From assembly GCA_044224315.1 (NCBI GenBank), contig JBGAKR010000001.1, forward strand, positions 834,827 to 898,826: DNA of 64,000 bases. Reading direction: 5' to 3'. Positions 58,252-64,000 of the stretch are shown piece by piece (position 1 is the stretch's first letter; each line of letters begins with the position of its first letter). A program made the translations under genes and the position numbers. Source of the DNA: Bacteroidia bacterium. GTDB lineage: Bacteria > Bacteroidota > Bacteroidia > NS11-12g > UBA955. Under the pieces are notes generated by a model. It was not told the DNA's origin. It saw only the letters and a list, made by a program, of their open reading frames with translations, and did no database searches.

Positions 58252-58767
58252 ATGTTAAAAAAGAAAAATAAACCACTCCTACAGCAATACTTTGGGCTCA
58301 AAATGCTACTCGGCAGCATTATGCTATTTCTGTTCTTGTCCAGCATAATTCCAGACAACAACGGCCCGTTCAGTAATACAAAATCGGTTGTTATCGACAG
58401 TATAAAATATAATAAATATCCGGCCAAACATGGCTTCAATTCAGAATATGTGCTCTTTTCAAAGTCTGTAAAGTACTATATTATCAATGACATTATTCAT
58501 TATACGGATAGCCGATATCTCACGGAAATGCCCTTCCCTTCAACTGTAACTATTACTTACCGCAGAAGGTGGTTCTGGCTTGTTGGTGTTAAATTTGTAT
58601 TCCAAATTCAGTACAATGGGGCACAGTTGGTTGACTTAAACCAATACAGAAAAGATTTTGGATTTTATATGTATTTAATAATCGTTTTATTCATTTATAT
58701 CTGTATTTCATCCATTCTAAATCTTATCTTTTGGATTAGAAACAAATATAATTTTTTACGAACTTAG
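58252..58767 (+). CDS. Hypothetical membrane protein (2 TM)
   Basis: 171-aa ORF with N- and C-terminal hydrophobic helices. Confidence 0.65.
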   Translation: MLKKKNKPLLQQYFGLKMLLGSIMLFLFLSSIIPDNNGPFSNTKSVVIDSIKYNKYPAKHGFNSEYVLFSKSVKYYIINDIIHYTDSRYLTEMPFPSTVTITYRRRWFWLVGVKFVFQIQYNGAQLVDLNQYRKDFGFYMYLIIVLFIYICISSILNLIFWIRNKYNFLRT

Positions 58768-58905
58768 TGGCGCAGAAACGGAAATAGAAATTCTGCTGAA
58801 GAGCTTCCTATCAGCTAAAATTAACTAAAATTCTGACGTGAAACTCCGTGTTTTTAATCCTTTATGGAATTATATGCCTTTATATTTTAATGCCTTCTCT
58901 ACACC

Positions 58906-60111
58906 TCAAAGGCTATGCCCCATCTTGCTTTTCTTGGTTTCAAGGTACCCTTTATTATGGGGGTTGGGAACCACTTGCAAGGGTACATTTTCAACGATTT
59001 CGAGGCCGTAACCTACCAGCCCGGTGCGTTTGCGGGGATTGTTGCTCATCAGGCGCATTTTTTGTACACCCAAATCACGGATAATCTGGGCACCAATGCC
59101 ATAGTCGCGTTCGTCCATGCCAAATCCCAGCTGAATGTTGGCTTCAACCGTATCCATACCCTGCTCCTGCAGTTTGTAGGCTTTAAGTTTGTTTAACAAG
59201 CCAATACCGCGACCCTCCTGGTTCATGTATACAATCACACCTTTGCCTTCTTCATTGATTTTTTCCATGGCTTTTTGCAATTGTTCGCCACAATCGCAGC
59301 GGCAACTGCCAAAAATATCGCCGGTCATGCAACTGCTGTGTACGCGCACCAGCACCGGTTCATCGGGTTCCCAGGTGCCTTTGATCAGGGCCAGATGCTC
59401 CTGGTCTTTGTTGGTTTGGCGGTAGGCAATTAAATCAAAATCGCCAAATTTGGTGGGCATTTCAACCGAAATTTCGCGTTTAATTAAACTCTCATTTTGC
59501 AAACGATATTTAATTAATTCTTCGATTGAAATAATTTTCATATTGAATTTTTCGGCCACCAGCATCAAATCGGGCAGACGTGCCATGGTGCCATCCTCAT
59601 TCAAAATTTCGACTATGCATCCTGCGGGTTCAAAACCTGCCATACGGGCCAAGTCAATGGCCGCTTCGGTATGCCCTGCCCTGCGAATCACCCCTTCACT
59701 TTTGGCGCGCAATGGAAAAATATGTCCGGGACGGCCCAGTTCATCGCCCTTAATGTCGGGGTTGATTAATGCCTGCACGGTTTTGGCCCTGTCGTGGGCG
59801 CTGATACCGGTTGTGCAGCCATGCCCCAGCAAATCTACCGAAACGGTAAAAGCTGTTTCGTGGGTGGCGGTATTGCGGCCTACCATCATATCCAATCCCA
59901 GCTCGTCGCAGCGGTCTTCGGTAAGCGGCACACAGATCAGTCCGCGCCCCTCCTTAATCATAAAGTTGATAATTTCGGGCGTAACATTGCGGGCAGCGGT
60001 AAGAAAATCGCCCTCGTTTTCGCGGTCTTCATCATCCACTACAATGATTACTTTGCCTTTGCGTATATCCTCAACGGCTTCTTCTATGGTATTAAGTTTT
60101 ATGTGAGTCAC
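58906..60111 (-). CDS. ribBA: Bifunctional DHBP synthase / GTP cyclohydrolase II
   Basis: [49 protein letters not shown]. Confidence 0.96.
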   Translation of the reverse strand: MTHIKLNTIEEAVEDIRKGKVIIVVDDEDRENEGDFLTAARNVTPEIINFMIKEGRGLICVPLTEDRCDELGLDMMVGRNTATHETAFTVSVDLLGHGCTTGISAHDRAKTVQALINPDIKGDELGRPGHIFPLRAKSEGVIRRAGHTEAAIDLARMAGFEPAGCIVEILNEDGTMARLPDLMLVAEKFNMKIISIEELIKYRLQNESLIKREISVEMPTKFGDFDLIAYRQTNKDQEHLALIKGTWEPDEPVLVRVHSSCMTGDIFGSCRCDCGEQLQKAMEKINEEGKGVIVYMNQEGRGIGLLNKLKAYKLQEQGMDTVEANIQLGFGMDERDYGIGAQIIRDLGVQKMRLMSNNPRKRTGLVGYGLEIVENVPLQVVPNPHNKGYLETKKSKMGHSL

Positions 60112-60302
60112 GGATGTAGAGTTTGGTTAAAAGTGGGGCAAAGTTCGCAATAATCTGCCATTAAAATTCACATTCAATTAAAATAAAAAAGCTCATTAAA
60201 AAAGGTAGATCCAGGGTTTTATAAATAATTCGCAAAGTCATACTCTGCAAGCTTTACACGCATTTTTCAATCCATTGCTTATTCTATTATTAACTACTTT
60301 TT

Positions 60303-60316
60303 GTGACCATGGTCAC
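60303..60316. promoter_or_regulatory. Perfect palindrome, candidate Crp/Fnr-type operator
   Basis: GTGACCATGGTCAC, about 50 bp upstream of the MBL-rhodanese gene. Confidence 0.55.
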
Positions 60317-60365
60317 GTGCAATCCATGTGTCCATGCCCAAATTTGAAACTTTAATATCATAACC

Positions 60366-61787
60366 ATGAAAATCGAACAAATATATACCGGGTGCCTGGC
60401 CCATGGAGCTTACTGGATAGAAAGCAATGGGGAAGCGGCCATTATAGATCCACTGCGCGAAATAGGACCTTACATAGAACGCGCCGAAAAAAACAATGCC
60501 AAAATAAAATACGTGTTGGAGACCCATTTTCATGCCGATTTTGTATCGGGTCATTTGGATTTGGCGCAAAAAACCGGTGCCACCATTGTGTACGGGCCCA
60601 CCGCCAAACCCTCATTTCAGGCACATATTGCCGAAGATGGAGAAATTCTGCAATTGGGCAATGTAAAATTAAAAGTGTTGCATACCCCCGGCCATACCAT
60701 GGAGTCGAGCTGCTTTTTGCTGTTTGATGAAAACGGAAAAGAACAGGCCCTGTTTACCGGCGATACTTTATTCATCGGCGATGTAGGACGCCCCGATTTG
60801 GCCCAGCATGTAATTGCCGAATTAACCCAGGAAAAATTAGCCAATTATTTATACGACAGTTTGCGCAATAAAATTATGCCCCTGTCGGATGATCTCATTA
60901 TATATCCCGGACATGGGGCTGGAAGTGCCTGTGGTAAAAACATGAGCAATGAAACCACCGATACTTTGGGGCACCAAAAACGGACAAATTATGCCTTGCG
61001 TGCCGATATGGGAAGAGAAGAATTTGTGAAAGAATTATTAACCGGATTAACACCGCCTCCGGGCTATTTTCCGCAAAATGTTTTATTAAATATTAAAGGG
61101 TACGAAAGCATGGAACTGGTAATGAACCGTGGAATGAATCCGCTTTCTGCATCTGCATTTGAGGCCGCTGCCAACGAAACAGATGCTTTAATAATTGATA
61201 TCAGAAATGCCAATGATTATGCAAAAGGTTTTATTCCAAATTCCATCAATATTGGAGTAGATGGAAATTTTGCAACCTGGGTAGGAACCATGGTGCCGGA
61301 TGTAAAACAAACCATACTTTTGGTGGGAGATCCCACAAGAATGGAAGAGGCTGTAACCCGCATGTCGCGAGTAGGTTACGACAATTGTATTGGATACCTC
61401 GACGGTGGTTTTGAAAGTTGGTTGAAAGCCGGAAAAGAGACGGACCAGATTGAATGTATTTCGGCCGATAAACTTGCAGAAATTATGCAAAATGAAAGCG
61501 ATTTTCAAATTTTGGATGTGCGCAAAAAAAGCGAATACGACAGCGAACATGTATTGAATATTGAAAATGCGCCCTTGGATTACATCAACGAAAGCATGCT
61601 GCAGGTGAAGAAGGACAGGCCCGTGTATATCCATTGCGCAGCTGGTTACCGCAGCATGATTTTTGTTTCAATCCTTCGGGCACGGGGCTATAAAAATCTG
61701 GTAAATGTAGATGGTGGATTTAAGGCCATGAAAGATTCGGGAAAATTTGCACTTACCGAATTTCAAAGGCAAAGCACCATGCTGTAA
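60366..61787 (+). CDS. MBL-fold persulfide dioxygenase-like protein fused to rhodanese domains
   Basis: ETHFHADFVSG, HTPGHT, TGDTLF.GDVGRPDL, PGHGAGSACG, C-terminal HCAAGYRS. Confidence 0.92.
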   Translation: MKIEQIYTGCLAHGAYWIESNGEAAIIDPLREIGPYIERAEKNNAKIKYVLETHFHADFVSGHLDLAQKTGATIVYGPTAKPSFQAHIAEDGEILQLGNVKLKVLHTPGHTMESSCFLLFDENGKEQALFTGDTLFIGDVGRPDLAQHVIAELTQEKLANYLYDSLRNKIMPLSDDLIIYPGHGAGSACGKNMSNETTDTLGHQKRTNYALRADMGREEFVKELLTGLTPPPGYFPQNVLLNIKGYESMELVMNRGMNPLSASAFEAAANETDALIIDIRNANDYAKGFIPNSINIGVDGNFATWVGTMVPDVKQTILLVGDPTRMEEAVTRMSRVGYDNCIGYLDGGFESWLKAGKETDQIECISADKLAEIMQNESDFQILDVRKKSEYDSEHVLNIENAPLDYINESMLQVKKDRPVYIHCAAGYRSMIFVSILRARGYKNLVNVDGGFKAMKDSGKFALTEFQRQSTML

Positions 61788-61852
61788 TCTTTGAATGGAA
61801 TTAAATTGCACTGCAAAAATTAATTTCGGTTTCCTACATTTGTAAAATAGAT

Positions 61853-62161
61853 ATGAAAAAGATTTTACTGATTTTGTTGCTCAGCAGCAGCATAGGAATT
61901 ACAATTGCAGATACCATTACCCATAATTACCAGGATGTAAAGTCCGGTATTGACTCGGTAAACCAGAGGATGAAAGAAATGGATGCCCAGGCCGCCACGG
62001 TTCAAAAAGGGCTCGATTCCATGGATGAAAAATTAAAAGAGGCACAAGCCAAAATTGATGCTGCCAAAAACCGACCCACCAATTATTGGATGCCTATAGT
62101 GGGTGGGGCCATACTGGGAATAGGCCTTGCCGTGTGGCTGCGCAGCCGCAAAAAGGGTTAA
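61853..62161 (+). CDS. Small hypothetical protein (signal peptide, coiled coil, C-terminal TM)
   Basis: 102 aa; C-terminal hydrophobic helix followed by RSRKKG. Confidence 0.7.
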   Translation: MKKILLILLLSSSIGITIADTITHNYQDVKSGIDSVNQRMKEMDAQAATVQKGLDSMDEKLKEAQAKIDAAKNRPTNYWMPIVGGAILGIGLAVWLRSRKKG

Positions 62162-62217
62162 GTCGCCCTGCGATTGCCCTGTATCTCTAACTTGGTTTTC
62201 TGTATTATCTTTGCAAC

Positions 62218-64000
62218 ATGCAGGAAGCCACACCTACCGCTATCGACCGTGAAACCTTCATCAAAGAAGTGCTGAATGACTACCGCGTTGCTTTTGAAAG
62301 CCGCCAGGCCAGCTTAATTGGCCGAAAGGAAGTTTTAACCGGCAAGGCCAAGTTTGGCATTTTTGGAGATGGAAAAGAGGTGGCGCAGGTAGCCATGGCC
62401 CGGGTTTTTGAAAACGGCGATTGGCGCAGTGGTTATTACCGCGATCAAACATTTATGTTTGCCAAAGGCATGAGCAGCATTACCGAATTTTTTGCCCAGC
62501 TCTATGCCGACCCCTCTGTAGAACGCGAACCTGCCAGCGGCGGACGCAGTATGAATGGCCACTTTGCCACCCGATTGCTGGATGAAAACGGCAATTGGTT
62601 GCCCCAAACTGACCGCCCAAATTGCAGCGCCGATATATCACCTACAGCGGGTCAAATGCCGCGCCTTTTAGGTTTGGCCGTAGCCTCTAAATTGTACCGC
62701 GAAAATCCGGATTTGCATGCATTTTCTGATTTCTCTATCCAAGGAAATGAAATTGCTTTTGGCACCATTGGAAATGCAAGTACCAGTGAGGGTATTTTTT
62801 GGGAAACCATGAATGCCGCCTGCGTAATGCAAGTGCCCCTGCTGATGAGTGTATGGGACGATGGATACGGAATTTCGGTACCTGCACGTTACCAAACTAC
62901 CAAAGAAAATATTTCGGAAATATTAAAAGGATTTAAATCCGATAAACACGGAAAAGGCATGGAAATCTTTACTGCCAAAGGCTGGGATTATGCCGAATTA
63001 TGCCGCGTTTATAAACAGGCTGCCGATGTTTGCAGGCAAAATCACACCCCTGTTTTGGTACACGTTACCGAAGTTACCCAACCCCAGGGACACAGTACCA
63101 GCGGCAGTCACGAACGATACAAATCCAAAGAACGTTTGCAATGGGAAGCCGATTTTGATTGCATAAATAAAATGCGCGAATGGCTTTTGGAAAATAAAAT
63201 TATTTCGGAAAAAGAGCTGGATCAACTTGAAAAATCGGCCATTGCCTCTGTAAAAGAAAATCAAAAAACGGCCTGGTTAAATTTCCAAAATACCATTAAA
63301 TCTGAAGTAGATGGATTGTGCAATTTAATAAATAACCTGGCCAGCCATGGTTATAAAACTGCGCAATTGGCCGAGCTCAGTGCCAGCCTTTCCGCCCTTT
63401 CTGAACCCCTGCGCCGCGACCTTGGAAACGCACTGCACAAAGCACTTCGTCTTACCATTGGTATGGACGCAAACAGCCGCCAACCTTTACTGGATTATTT
63501 CGATAAATTTAATGCATTAAATTACAACCGATACAGCAGCCATTTGCACAGTGAAAGTGAAAATAATGCATTGAATGTGCCGGTAATTGCTCCGGTATTT
63601 ACCGATGAAACTGCCGACGGATACATGGTAGTGCGCGCCTGCTTCGAAGCCAATATGGAACGCGATGCACGCATTTTTGCATTTGGCGAAGATGTTGGAA
63701 AAATTGGCGATGTAAACCAGGGTTTTTCTGGCTTACAGGAAAAATTTGGCGAACTGCGCGTTACCGATAAAGGCATACGCGAATGGAGTATAGTGGGCGA
63801 AGGTTTAGGCGCCGCCATGCGCGGATTGCGCCCCATTGCCGAAATTCAGTACCTCGATTATTTATTGTACGCTTTGGAACCCATGAGTGACGATATCGCC
63901 ACTATGCAGTATCGCACCAAAGGCGGACAAAAAACCCCGATTATTATTCGCACCCGCGGCCACCGTTTGGAAGGCATTTGGCACAGTGGCAGTCCAATGG
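62218..64000 (+). CDS. 2-oxoacid dehydrogenase E1 fused alpha/beta (3' truncated by window; absent from ORF track)
   Basis: ATG 62218 reads MQEATP..SRQASLIGRKEVLTGKAKFGIFGDGKE..GYYRDQ..GNASTSEG..GHSTSGSHERY..GEDVG.IGDVNQG. Confidence 0.92.
   Translation, partial: MQEATPTAIDRETFIKEVLNDYRVAFESRQASLIGRKEVLTGKAKFGIFGDGKEVAQVAMARVFENGDWRSGYYRDQTFMFAKGMSSITEFFAQLYADPSVEREPASGGRSMNGHFATRLLDENGNWLPQTDRPNCSADISPTAGQMPRLLGLAVASKLYRENPDLHAFSDFSIQGNEIAFGTIGNASTSEGIFWETMNAACVMQVPLLMSVWDDGYGISVPARYQTTKENISEILKGFKSDKHGKGMEIFTAKGWDYAELCRVYKQAADVCRQNHTPVLVHVTEVTQPQGHSTSGSHERYKSKERLQWEADFDCINKMREWLLENKIISEKELDQLEKSAIASVKENQKTAWLNFQNTIKSEVDGLCNLINNLASHGYKTAQLAELSASLSALSEPLRRDLGNALHKALRLTIGMDANSRQPLLDYFDKFNALNYNRYSSHLHSESENNALNVPVIAPVFTDETADGYMVVRACFEANMERDARIFAFGEDVGKIGDVNQGFSGLQEKFGELRVTDKGIREWSIVGEGLGAAMRGLRPIAEIQYLDYLLYALEPMSDDIATMQYRTKGGQKTPIIIRTRGHRLEGIWHSGSPM

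Overview
64 kb of a Bacteroidota chromosome, judged by TAnnTT(T/C)G -7 promoter boxes, T9SS C-terminal sorting domains, TonB-dependent receptors, fused E1 alpha/beta 2-oxoacid dehydrogenases and type-2 IleRS. Most of it is housekeeping and envelope genes: an RND efflux triad, ileS-dksA-lspA, der-rlmN, a PKD adhesin, uxs/ugd/degT, rlmB, DUF2723, gltX and ribBA. Three accessory elements stand out. (1) An AT-rich three-gene operon at 8582-12256 (-) encodes a HIT-family nucleotide enzyme, a small multi-TM protein and an ~832-aa fusion of two PPDK-type ATP-grasp modules, a phospho-His-like motif and a MazG-like pyrophosphatase. This is the best candidate for an undescribed nucleotide-based defence system. 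(2) An AT-rich island at ~53.3-58.8 kb holds a RelE/ParE TA pair and two convergent orphan RHS toxin/immunity cassettes joined by a 65-bp inverted repeat, so the segment is potentially invertible. (3) An ACAGCC/GGCTGT signature recurs at four intergenic loci, three of them with heptamer arrays, and at one it forms a 17-bp inverted repeat around a four-helix-bundle gene. No rRNA, tRNA, CRISPR array or intact transposase/integrase was recognised. All family calls come from motif recognition by eye, not from database searches.
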